From Pyrinomonadaceae bacterium (GTDB taxonomy: Bacteria > Acidobacteriota > Blastocatellia > Pyrinomonadales > Pyrinomonadaceae), in contig JANNJZ010000418.1 of the NCBI GenBank assembly GCA_031396065.1, forward strand, positions 9,030-73,029: a DNA stretch of 64,000 nt, read 5' to 3'. The position numbers and the translations under genes are program-made. The notes under the pieces are model-generated. The model did not search any database. It was not told the DNA's origin and saw only the letters and a program-made list of their open reading frames with translations. The number at the start of each line of letters is the position of its first letter. Within the stretch, counting starts at the first letter, position 1. Of the stretch, positions 9,573 to 17,667 are shown piece after piece.

Positions 9573-10250
9573 TTACCCCTGTGGTTTCTTATATTGCGTC
9601 CCGATGAACTTTTTATCAGTCTCCGACAGATGGCGGTTCCAGCCAACTTCCATCTTTCCGTCGGTCAACTCCTTGGGTATGGGGTACAGCATGATCGATT
9701 CTTTGTCGAATTCTGAAAACTGCGACTGATCCAGTTCATACTTCCGAAAAAGATTTTGATCCACGCGCGCTTTGTTCCAGCCACGGTCGGCGTAGTACCG
9801 ATACACGGCATCCTTGTTCCAGGGAATGTTGCCGGCGGGGTTCTGATGTTCATGGATGCAACCTATCGCGTGACCAAACTCATGGACGATAACGCGAGCA
9901 AATTCCTCTTCATCCGAATCCTCGGTTAACCAACCATAGTTCATCGTCGCACTGCCAGGCGGAAAAAAGCCGAGGTTGAGAGCGTCGGTGCCCACGGCGG
10001 ACCAGGAAGTGTTATCCATCTTGAACGCCACGCGAACCTCAGCACCGGGATCGTCCACAAAATCAAAGAAAATGTTTGCGTGGGGTTCCCACATCCGAGC
10101 ATATTCTTTCACCTTCTCCTGCAGGAATGAGTCGCCCCCGAGAAAGTGTACCCGCAGGCGTTTTCCGTTACTCCACATATTAGTCATTGCCAGCTCTTCT
10201 CCAGAATCTGGCAGTATCACATCCATGCAAACTCTTGGTTCGTCGCTCAT
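9573..10250 (-). CDS. Astacin-like (M12A-type) zinc metalloprotease, no signal peptide seen
   Basis: VIVHEFGHAIGCIHEHQ (the HExxHxxGxxHE signature, DNA ~9845-9892) plus a Met-turn-like SIMLYP. It lies 2 bp upstream of the next gene. Confidence 0.8.
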   Translation of the reverse strand: MSDEPRVCMDVILPDSGEELAMTNMWSNGKRLRVHFLGGDSFLQEKVKEYARMWEPHANIFFDFVDDPGAEVRVAFKMDNTSWSAVGTDALNLGFFPPGSATMNYGWLTEDSDEEEFARVIVHEFGHAIGCIHEHQNPAGNIPWNKDAVYRYYADRGWNKARVDQNLFRKYELDQSQFSEFDKESIMLYPIPKELTDGKMEVGWNRHLSETDKKFIGTQYKKPQG

Positions 10251-10275
10251 TGGTTAGTCTCCTTCAGTTTGTCAA

Positions 10276-11211
10276 TTAAGATTCGTTCTTACTGTGAGGC
10301 CGATGAAGGCGCTCGACCGGCAACTTGTCCGCGTCGATCAAGTCAGTTGAGTCAGTCGTGGCCGGTCGGGTTTTTAGTTCACTCAGATTTCGCGGAGCCG
10401 GTATGTCAGCCATCGATTCGTCGTATAGGTCAAACCACGGCAGTCCGAATTCGGCATACGTTGCTGCGCTAACCGGAGTAGTCGGTGGCTCAAGATCACA
10501 GATAGCGCGATACTGTTCACTGTTGAGCAGGTAAACAGAAACGGTCTCATGATTTTGCTGGTCCCAGACAACGATACCGTAAGGGTCGCTGTATATCTTT
10601 TGCTTAATTCGACCTCCGGCGTCTAAGCCCATTTCAACCCAGGTATCAGACCCGTACTGAATTTCCGCTGGGGAAGCTGGTGGAGGTTCGTCCGGAAACT
10701 TCCCGCGTTTGGGCTCATAGACCACAAGCTGGAGGCCACCCGTTTCCTCCCTCCCGGTAATTTGACCTTCAACAGTTTTTAGCTCCCCGAGTGGCGTCGC
10801 AATGAATTGTCTAACGAAGTTCGCTCCGGCATTGATTCCGTCGAGCCATGGTTGATCTGGGCACACCAAATAGTCTTGCGGATCAGAGTTCAACCCTTCT
10901 TCCCAAACCGTTCCGGAAACAGCATTCACGCCGCCGACCGCTACTTTCACCGCATTGGGCTTCCAATCCTCTCCTCCAAAGCCGAGCCATATTGCCTCTC
11001 GTTGGTAAACGGGAAGAAAGAACGCTGCGTTGTGACGCCATTTCGCGGGAACTCTCTCAGCAAAATCGTCCACGCGGTGAACGTTGAAAGGCCCAAGCGA
11101 CGGCGGCAGCGGATAGTGCTGTCCGTCTTCGGGAATTCGCAGAGTTCGCTGAAGCGAAACCGAAAACCGGTCTCCAACGTAAATGCGCGTTCCATCGGTT
11201 CGGACCAACAT
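10276..11211 (-). CDS. Conserved protein of unknown function (311 aa)
   Basis: Long ORF in the operon. I moved the start from the TTG at 11229 to the ATG at 11211, which has GGAG 7 nt upstream. The sequence (SLQRTLRIPEDGQHYPLPPSLGPF...VKVAVGGVNAVSG...PWLDGI...RQFIATPLG) contains no motif I can assign. Confidence 0.7.
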   Translation of the reverse strand: MLVRTDGTRIYVGDRFSVSLQRTLRIPEDGQHYPLPPSLGPFNVHRVDDFAERVPAKWRHNAAFFLPVYQREAIWLGFGGEDWKPNAVKVAVGGVNAVSGTVWEEGLNSDPQDYLVCPDQPWLDGINAGANFVRQFIATPLGELKTVEGQITGREETGGLQLVVYEPKRGKFPDEPPPASPAEIQYGSDTWVEMGLDAGGRIKQKIYSDPYGIVVWDQQNHETVSVYLLNSEQYRAICDLEPPTTPVSAATYAEFGLPWFDLYDESMADIPAPRNLSELKTRPATTDSTDLIDADKLPVERLHRPHSKNES

Positions 11212-11624
11212 TGTTACTCCAGAAAGCAAGCGCCTAGAAACGCTAAATCAAGCCGCAGAGATTCGGGTCGAGTGAAGAGCACCTGGAGCCCTCGTACTAT
11301 CTGTTATGTATGACCTTATATCCGGAAGCGTTTCACGGCTGGAAGTTCCATGAAGAAGCGCTACCGCGCTTGTCAACGGAAACAGCGGTCCTTGGCAGTT
11401 TTCCAGCAAGTGCGAGGCGCAGGCTCGTGAAGAATCCTTAGAGAGACGGTGCGGACGATAAGTCGAATGACAACCAAAAGTCAACAGCTTCTCGTTACAA
11501 GGTGCAGAGCCTTGCGAGAGTTGGGGATTCAAATGACCCCGGCCTATTCGGCGCAGGCACGAGGTTCAATTTTTACCGTCGATCAGGGCGAGGAGTCAGG
11601 TGAGTTGTCAAACTCAAAAGCTAA

Positions 11625-14396
11625 TCAACTCTCACCAAGTAATTCTGCGACTGAGACGCGCCGAAAGCCGACCGGCGTTTCCTCGCCTGGCGAGGCCAAT
11701 CGCATCCCGCCCACCAACTCGTCCACTTCTTGAGTCGCGAGGGTGTTCCAGTCAAACAGAAATATTTTTTCAAAGTAGGCAGCAACTTCAGGATCCCGAA
11801 CCAACAAACTTGCATCGCGATTGAACAAACTACCCTGGTTAGTAAGATTGTGACTTCCAAGCAGCACTTCCTTTCCATCCACGATGATGCCCTTGGTGTG
11901 ACACCTCATTTGAACTCGAATGGCATCGGTGTCGAATCCGAAGTCTTTTAGCCGCTCAAGCAGCTTTTGCTGCGAAGGCCCATTGCTGGCGCCAAACTCT
12001 CTTGCATCCCGGAAGATAACCCGCACATCAACTCCAGACTGTTGCTTATCGCGGAGCAGGCCGAAGAACTCGACGAACTCATCGTTGTTGTTCTCTTCGT
12101 CAAGCAAGTTGAACGATTGGTTCTCAACGTAGATTTTCCGCGTACCTTTCCTCATTATCTTAAGCGCGTGGTCAATGAAAAGACGGCGACCATGCGAGTC
12201 ACGATCAGGCGTCAGCAACGGTTGAATCTCAAACTCTCGATCGCGAATCAAGGGATCGAAGTACTGTGCATGAGCTGCCTTCTCAAGCCCTTCCATGAAA
12301 GCGGCTTCCGGGACAAAGACATCAGGAAACACTGCTTCCAGGCCCTCTTCAAGAGGTACGCGCTCAGCTTCGCGAAAATCAAATTCAATGAACTTCTGGA
12401 ACATCGTGGCCAGCTTTCGGTTCGCAATGACCGCATGCCATTCGCGATTATGTTTTTTGAGGGGTCCGATCTGCGTTGAGTGGGTGCCAGCCGGATCGAT
12501 GTTCGCCTGGTTGGAATCTTTCCAATTTCCGCTGGACATCCACAACTCTTCACCGTCTCGCGAGGCGACCTTGATATGGTATGCAGATGGAATCAGTTTC
12601 CCTTTCCCAACCGAGGCCCAGGCGTGTTTGAACTTAGTTCCGATGCGGTGCTTCATGTCGTCAACGGCTTCCTGGGTTCCCTTTTTCTGGGTCACCATCC
12701 GCAGTGTCTTGTTGTTCCCCTGCATCGCTTGCGCGATAGCATCACTGATGTGATTCGGATCCCACTCGTACATCGTTGCAGTCAAATGCTCGTTAACGCG
12801 ACTAAGGAAGTCTCTTAGATTCGGAAACCCCGAGTCGGGACTAACGTGAAAGACTACTCTCATTTGCTCTTTAACGGGCTCGAGGAACACGTTGGTTGGT
12901 TCCCGATATTTGCCGGGACGCGCCGGCGCCTCAAGCACCGAGAGATCGACGCCCAGGGATTCGAGTTGGTCACGTAATGCCGACGTGCGCACATCAACTC
13001 CGACTCCCAGAATCTGAGGCGGAATCGCCGATTTACCTTCCGCAGAAAGCTCAGCAGTAGTTAACTTCTTTCGAGTCTCGATTACGACCACTCGCTCATC
13101 AGTGATCCAGCCTCGCTTAAATCGGTAACCAAGCCGGATCTCGATCACATTAGGATCGTTACCATAAGCTTCACGAGCTGCCTGAAGCGCCCTTTCGTGG
13201 GCATCTCCGCTCGTAACGGTTCCGCTTGGGCCCACCGTCGTAGTCGGCAAGGAAATGGGAGTTGCGGCGCCAACTTTCACCGTCACCTCAATCGGAATAT
13301 TCAATTGAAAAGTGTAGGAACTTGCTGTCGCGGGTAGCAGTGTTGGCGGCGAGGTCGGCAAGCTCGTACCAGGTTGATTTCCGGGGCCTACACTTACTTC
13401 GCCCTGTTGCACGCGTCGCAGTAGTTCGCGCACTTTTGGTGCTGGGACCGCAAAGTTAGCTTGCATAAACAGCCCGGAGAAGTGAAGGCCTACAGCTTTT
13501 CCCGATCCCAGATCGATAGCTGGAGAACCGGAATTGCCTCCTAGCGTCGAGCAATCATGCTGCAATTCGTCTTCGGAAACAGAGATGATCTGGCCTGGAG
13601 CGAGGCGTTTCTTGTCGTAAACATCGCCAAAGATTCTCAGCACCAGATCTTGATCGGGGACACGCGAGTCGCGAGCGGGGTAACCGATAGTGGCAACAAG
13701 CTCGTCACCACTGACGGCGTCAGCCAATTCAATTGGAAGCGGCAACGGCCTTCCGGTGACAGGTTTGCTCAATCGCAGAAAGGCTACGTCGGGCTCACTC
13801 GATGATGCGATAAAAAGTATGGAGTTGACCGCGTATTCAAGACTGTCCGCGCGTTGATCCTCCTCCAGAAAATCGACACGCGACGTCATCGCGCCATTCA
13901 CTCCCGCACGAAACGTAAATCCGTTCACGCCGCGCCGCCCGAACTCCTGCGCGACATGGCGGTTTGTGACGATGATGTCGTCAGCGACGAGCCAACCGGT
14001 TCCAAGCCAGGGGAAGTCCGGATGATTGGTTACTTCGACGCGGCCAATTGCTGGAATGACTCGATCCAAAATGGGCTTTGCCGTTTGAATTCGCGCTCTC
14101 CAGACTTCACTATCCGGGCCGAGAAACTCAGTGGTGGCCTGGTTGTCCCGAATGGTTAAGACTGGTCGTGCCAGAGGACGAACTATAGTTTCTAAAGTGA
14201 ACCGTTCTGTCAGTTCCGCTACACCTGGTTCACTCACAGAGGGCAATGCCGCAGCGACGCTAATCTCTTCGGCCAACGCGTCGACCGACTCCTGAGCGGG
14301 CAATTTTACCTTTTTCTGCAGCTCCTCATAGAGTGCGAGGTCCTGTTGTGCAAATTGCCGCATTACCTCATCAAGTTGTTGTTGATTGACTGGCAT
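11625..14396 (-). CDS. Trypsin-like serine protease fused to a two-HKD phospholipase-D-superfamily domain (923 aa)
   Basis: The protease shows IIVTNRHVAQEF (His), PDVAFLRL (Asp) and STLGGNSGSPAID (Ser, DNA ~13519-13550). HKD-1 is YHIKVASRD...SSGNW (DNA 12555-12578) and HKD-2 is CHTKGIIVDGKEVLLGSHNLT (DNA 11877-11900). Confidence 0.85.
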   Translation of the reverse strand: MPVNQQQLDEVMRQFAQQDLALYEELQKKVKLPAQESVDALAEEISVAAALPSVSEPGVAELTERFTLETIVRPLARPVLTIRDNQATTEFLGPDSEVWRARIQTAKPILDRVIPAIGRVEVTNHPDFPWLGTGWLVADDIIVTNRHVAQEFGRRGVNGFTFRAGVNGAMTSRVDFLEEDQRADSLEYAVNSILFIASSSEPDVAFLRLSKPVTGRPLPLPIELADAVSGDELVATIGYPARDSRVPDQDLVLRIFGDVYDKKRLAPGQIISVSEDELQHDCSTLGGNSGSPAIDLGSGKAVGLHFSGLFMQANFAVPAPKVRELLRRVQQGEVSVGPGNQPGTSLPTSPPTLLPATASSYTFQLNIPIEVTVKVGAATPISLPTTTVGPSGTVTSGDAHERALQAAREAYGNDPNVIEIRLGYRFKRGWITDERVVVIETRKKLTTAELSAEGKSAIPPQILGVGVDVRTSALRDQLESLGVDLSVLEAPARPGKYREPTNVFLEPVKEQMRVVFHVSPDSGFPNLRDFLSRVNEHLTATMYEWDPNHISDAIAQAMQGNNKTLRMVTQKKGTQEAVDDMKHRIGTKFKHAWASVGKGKLIPSAYHIKVASRDGEELWMSSGNWKDSNQANIDPAGTHSTQIGPLKKHNREWHAVIANRKLATMFQKFIEFDFREAERVPLEEGLEAVFPDVFVPEAAFMEGLEKAAHAQYFDPLIRDREFEIQPLLTPDRDSHGRRLFIDHALKIMRKGTRKIYVENQSFNLLDEENNNDEFVEFFGLLRDKQQSGVDVRVIFRDAREFGASNGPSQQKLLERLKDFGFDTDAIRVQMRCHTKGIIVDGKEVLLGSHNLTNQGSLFNRDASLLVRDPEVAAYFEKIFLFDWNTLATQEVDELVGGMRLASPGEETPVGFRRVSVAELLGES

Positions 14397-15087
14397 AATT
14401 TATCTCCTGAGTTGAGAGGGATTCAGCAAGGAATCTGATCCCGACGTAATCACTGGTCGGATTGCTTCAAGACGCTTTTCTTACTAACTGGCCGACGAAA
14501 ACGGCCGGGGTTCTCGGATCCACGAGTTTTCTCCTCGCTTGAACGGTCGCCGGCGCTTCTAGAACGAATCTTTGTCGCTGGGCTTCTGGAACGAGCCTTT
14601 AATGAACAGGTCTTTAATGTCTTATGACGAACCGCGGGTTTTCGTTTCAGTGTCTGGCTGCAAGGCAAGGACTATGCTGCCTCCACGCCAAGGTCCGGGC
14701 GGCAGATATCATCGATTGTTAAGTAATTCGAAGGAATTACAAACAAGCCTGCGAGTTTGGTAGGTAGCGACGGCAGTATTATTACGACCGTCGACTTGGA
14801 TCGAGGGACCCTTTTGAGATCTTCCGACTACGTGGCCAACAAATTCCGAGTTTGTTCTGCCACGAGAACCAACCATGAGATGGTCAGCGCGATCGCAAGG
14901 CACTCCCCCTCTCGGTAAGGTCTAACCGCTGCTTCTGAACGTAGGTACGAGAAGCCTCGCTTTCGTTGCTCCGGAATATCGTTAGCCAAGGCGAAAAGAG
15001 TGTGAGAAATGAGGGCGGAAAACGGGCAGTGGCTAAGTGGAGCGTTCTGGAGCAATGGAAAAGCGAGGTTATACAGCGTAACTTGTT

Positions 15088-15255
15088 GAGAATTCTCATC
15101 AGCCAACCAGGTTGCGAGAGCGGGTGATGCGAAAGTTCAAGTCAGCGGGACACGCGCAACGTTTCCCCTCGGCCGTCGGAGTCATTACCCCGCACTTCCG
15201 AGTGGGACGTCATCGGCACAGAGCTAATGGATATAGAGAGGTGATGACGACCTGA
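15088..15255 (+). mobile_element. C-terminal remnant of an IS6-family DDE transposase
   Basis: ENSHQPTRLRERVMRKFKSAGHAQRFPSAVGVITPHFRVGRHRHRANGYRE matches the NRAENSHQPTRRRERxMxRFKSxxxAQRFLSxH...F...RH tail of one IS6 subgroup. An in-frame stop lies immediately upstream and no N-terminal part is present. Confidence 0.6.
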
Positions 15256-15326
15256 TTTTGAGAGGCTGCCAAACTGTGTCATGAACGATGAAGGGGGACA
15301 AGAGTAACGAAATAACCCAATAAAAA

Positions 15327-15374
15327 TGGTAGGCGCGTGGGGACTTGAACCCCAGACCTCTGCCGTGTCGAGGC
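15327..15374 (-). pseudogene. tRNA-Val 3' fragment (anticodon loop to CCA)
   Basis: The reverse complement is GCCTCGACACGGCAGAGGTCTGGGGTTCAAGTCCCCACGCGCCTACCA. This covers the anticodon loop TCGACAC (GAC), the T arm TGGGG/TTCAAGT/CCCCA, the acceptor 3' strand and CCA. The sequence upstream of it cannot form a D arm or an acceptor 5' strand. Confidence 0.75.
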
Positions 15375-15506
15375 CGTCCCTGGGTCACCTCGGACAGCGC
15401 GCAATCTTTGCTCACGCGTTGAATATTAACCAAAGAGGCTTGAGAAGTCACTCAACACTGCACGGATTGAATAAAGCGTAAGCGTAGTCTGCCAAAACTT
15501 TCCGCA
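15361..15506. repeat. Direct repeat copy 2 (pairs with 4031-4187)
   Basis: See 4031-4187. Here the repeat abuts the tRNA-Val 3' fragment instead of an integrase body. Confidence 0.8.
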
Positions 15507-15530
15507 TGGGGAGACGGAGCTATTAGCCTT

Positions 15531-15854
15531 CTACGCAGGCATGCCGTGTTCGACCGTTTCAGCTCGTCGCACTTTGATCTTCACTTCGACTCGTGACCCG
15601 AGCCGGTTGATGATCGACATCAGGCGATCGACGGTGAACCGCCCAAGATCGGCGTTGCGGATGCGCGAGAAGTCCGCTGCCGCAATCCCAGTGCGGCCCT
15701 GCGCGCCGCGAACGCTAAGCCCGTCACGGTCGAGCGCTTTGATGATCTCGGCGGCCAGAATTGCCTTGAACTGATCGGCATCGGCATTCTTGTGTCCCAG
15801 GTCGCGAAAAACATTTCCGCTTCCCTTCACTACGTCCAGCTTTTCGCTTTTCAT
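15531..15854 (-). CDS. XRE-family HTH antitoxin (HigA-like)
   Basis: GSGNVFRDLG...QFKAILAAEIIKALDRDGLSVRGAQGRTGIAAADFSRIRNADLGRFTVDRLMSIINRLG fits the antitoxin that pairs with Gp49/HigB-type toxins. It overlaps the upstream toxin gene by 4 bp. Confidence 0.8.
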   Translation of the reverse strand: MKSEKLDVVKGSGNVFRDLGHKNADADQFKAILAAEIIKALDRDGLSVRGAQGRTGIAAADFSRIRNADLGRFTVDRLMSIINRLGSRVEVKIKVRRAETVEHGMPA

Positions 15855-16198
15855 CGCAACATCTCCTTCAGCCTTTTCATACGGTCCTTGACCAGATCGC
15901 TTTCAGCTTTGGGTGTCTTGATGCCCCGCGTAGATTTCTTCTGAAAGACATGGACAACCCAAATGTCTTCACCGAGCTGCACCGCATAGACCACGCGGAA
16001 CGCGTCACCGCGAAACGGTAAAGCAATCTCGAACACGCCCGAGCCTAAACCCCGCATCGGCTTCGCAATGTCGGCCTTACCGCCCTCTGCGGCAATCGTC
16101 AAGGCGGTAAGACAAGTTGACCGCACCCCATCTGGGAAAGTCTCGAATTCCCTGAGTGCCGCTTTGATCCACGAAACGGGCCGCGTGCGTCTGATCAT
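15851..16198 (-). CDS. Gp49/HigB-like (RelE/ParE superfamily) toxin
   Basis: WIKAALREFETFPDGVR...KPMRGLGSGVFEIALPFRGDAFRVVYAVQLGEDIWVVHVFQKKSTRGIKTPKAE is the typical DUF891/Gp49 pattern. The toxin-first gene order also fits. Confidence 0.8.
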   Translation of the reverse strand: MIRRTRPVSWIKAALREFETFPDGVRSTCLTALTIAAEGGKADIAKPMRGLGSGVFEIALPFRGDAFRVVYAVQLGEDIWVVHVFQKKSTRGIKTPKAESDLVKDRMKRLKEMLR

Positions 16199-16249
16199 TT
16201 GCCTCCCCGTTCATCGCTCCGCGATCTCGTCTCGGATCTTGCCCTGCCA

Positions 16250-16269
16250 TGTTGTCACATATGACAACA
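16250..16269. promoter_or_regulatory. Perfect 20-bp palindrome, probable TA operator
   Basis: TGTTGTCACATATGACAACA lies ~52 bp upstream of the toxin start codon (16198, minus strand). Confidence 0.5.
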
Positions 16270-16370
16270 CACGTCAATTGTGAGGGAAGTAGTCTTTTCT
16301 GCTAATTTGCGCTCGCGAGTCCGTCCCTCTCGGAGCGCGTCTAAGAGAGCTCCTTATAGAAGAGCGTAGG

Positions 16371-16976
16371 CTAAACAATGCTTGCCGCGGCCTCGTTGAC
16401 AGTCGAAAGATAGAGTCTTCGACGAGCACGGTCCAGGCGTTGATAAAGTGAACTGCGGTTAACTCGCAGTTGGCGGGCAGTTTCGGAATGGCTGCCCGTC
16501 TTTCCCCGCAACATGTCATAAAGATCCTGCATGGCATGGTCAAGAAAATCATCCAGGGAATCACCCTCGGTGTAGGCGCCGAATGGCCAGCGACCATTTG
16601 TGGAGCACAAGACAACGTGAGGATGGTTGTCGAGGGCGCGGCGAACCGCGTCTGCGTTAATGAGTGAGTCTCCCAAGGTGCCGACCACCAGTTTCTCTAC
16701 CACATGGCGAAGCTGACGAACATTGCCGGGCCAGTGGCAATCAAAGAGAGCATCAATGGCGTCATCTTCGATTCTCCGCGACACGGTCGATTTGATCTTC
16801 TGCTCTGTCTGATGTTGAAAATATTGCAGGAGCAATGGAATGTCTGAAATTCGATCTCGCAGAGGCGGTGTGTTGATGGCCAGCACCGCAATGCGATAAA
16901 AGAGATCTTCCCGGAATCGACTGAGCCGGATACCGAACCGGATTGCTGCAACGACTACCCGGTTACTTGGTCCCAC
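16371..16976 (-). pseudogene. 5'-truncated sigma54-dependent activator (C-terminal part of the AAA+ domain plus the Fis-type HTH only)
   Basis: FREDLFYRIAVLAINTPPLRDRISDIPLLLQYF, WPGNVRQLRHVVEKL and a C-terminal HTH (SHSETARQLRVNRSSLYQRL). The Walker A/B and GAFTGA regions are missing. Confidence 0.7.
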
Positions 16977-16991
16977 GTTTGGACCACGGTC

Positions 16992-17528
16992 TTGCAGGGG
17001 GAAGAAAGAATGGCGCGCAGCGCCTCTGGGCCAGCCTCGGTAACAAGAGTGCGCGGATTAACACTCGGCCTGTTTGGGTCATTTGGATTCATAACAATAT
17101 CCGCGGCCGGTAACAAAGTTGTCATTACTGAAGGCGCGCTAAAGGCAGAAACGTTCGTAAGGTTTGTACCCAAGGCTCGCGTAATCGCAACTACTGGGGT
17201 CAGCTGCTCACATTCAGAGATAATTGAAGCCGCAAGACCATACAACGCCTTAATAGCTTTCGACGCCGATCACAGAACCAATCCTGCCGTGTGTCGACAA
17301 CTCGCTAGACTCATCTTCCACCGTGCCGAAGACTCCCTCAAACATGGCCTTTCGACAACAACAAAGATTGTATTTTGGAAAGGGCCAAAAGGCATCGACG
17401 AAGCCGCACAGAAAAATATCCAATTCACCTCACTTACAATTCCCGAGTGGTACGCAACCCTTAAAGATCATTCGCTCGAAGAAGTACAGCGATTCTGGAA
17501 AGATATCGGCTTTCACCTCTTAACGTGA
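16992..17528 (+). CDS. Toprim (DUF3854-like) domain protein, probably an N-terminally truncated primase-like fragment
   Basis: KVVITEGALKAE (Toprim Glu), ALIAFDADHRTNPAV (DxD) and IVFWKGPKGIDEA match the DUF3854/Toprim pattern of conjugative-element primases. Confidence 0.55.
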   Translation: MQGEERMARSASGPASVTRVRGLTLGLFGSFGFITISAAGNKVVITEGALKAETFVRFVPKARVIATTGVSCSHSEIIEAARPYNALIAFDADHRTNPAVCRQLARLIFHRAEDSLKHGLSTTTKIVFWKGPKGIDEAAQKNIQFTSLTIPEWYATLKDHSLEEVQRFWKDIGFHLLT

Positions 17529-17667
17529 TGCAAATAAGAGGGCGTAATCTGCACCACTGCAAGCACGATTGCAGGTTAATCAGGCCGAACGTTTCATTGT
17601 TCACGGTGACTATGAGGTACCCGAAGCTGCCGTCGGATCATTTCGGCGTCGCGATTTCCGACCTGAG

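Noticed and set aside
11393-11408. Sigma54-like motif TGGCAGTTTTCCAGCA in the 395-bp gap of the protease operon
   Set aside because: The GG-N10-GC spacing is correct, but the motif is on the plus strand pointing into the 3' end of a minus-strand gene. The -12 element is CAGC rather than TTGC. It is probably a chance match.
14450-15106. Small ORFs (72, 63, 64, 92 and 71 aa) upstream of the 923-aa gene
   Set aside because: They mutually overlap, have biased Arg/Ser composition, and have no RBS or motif. The ORF at 14828-15106 is antisense to IS6-like debris.
15255-15326. A terminal inverted repeat of the IS6-family element next to the transposase tail
   Set aside because: The sequence GCTGCCAAACTGTGTCATGAAC only loosely resembles IS6-type ends (GGxxCTGTTGCAAA). 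No left-end partner is present in the window.
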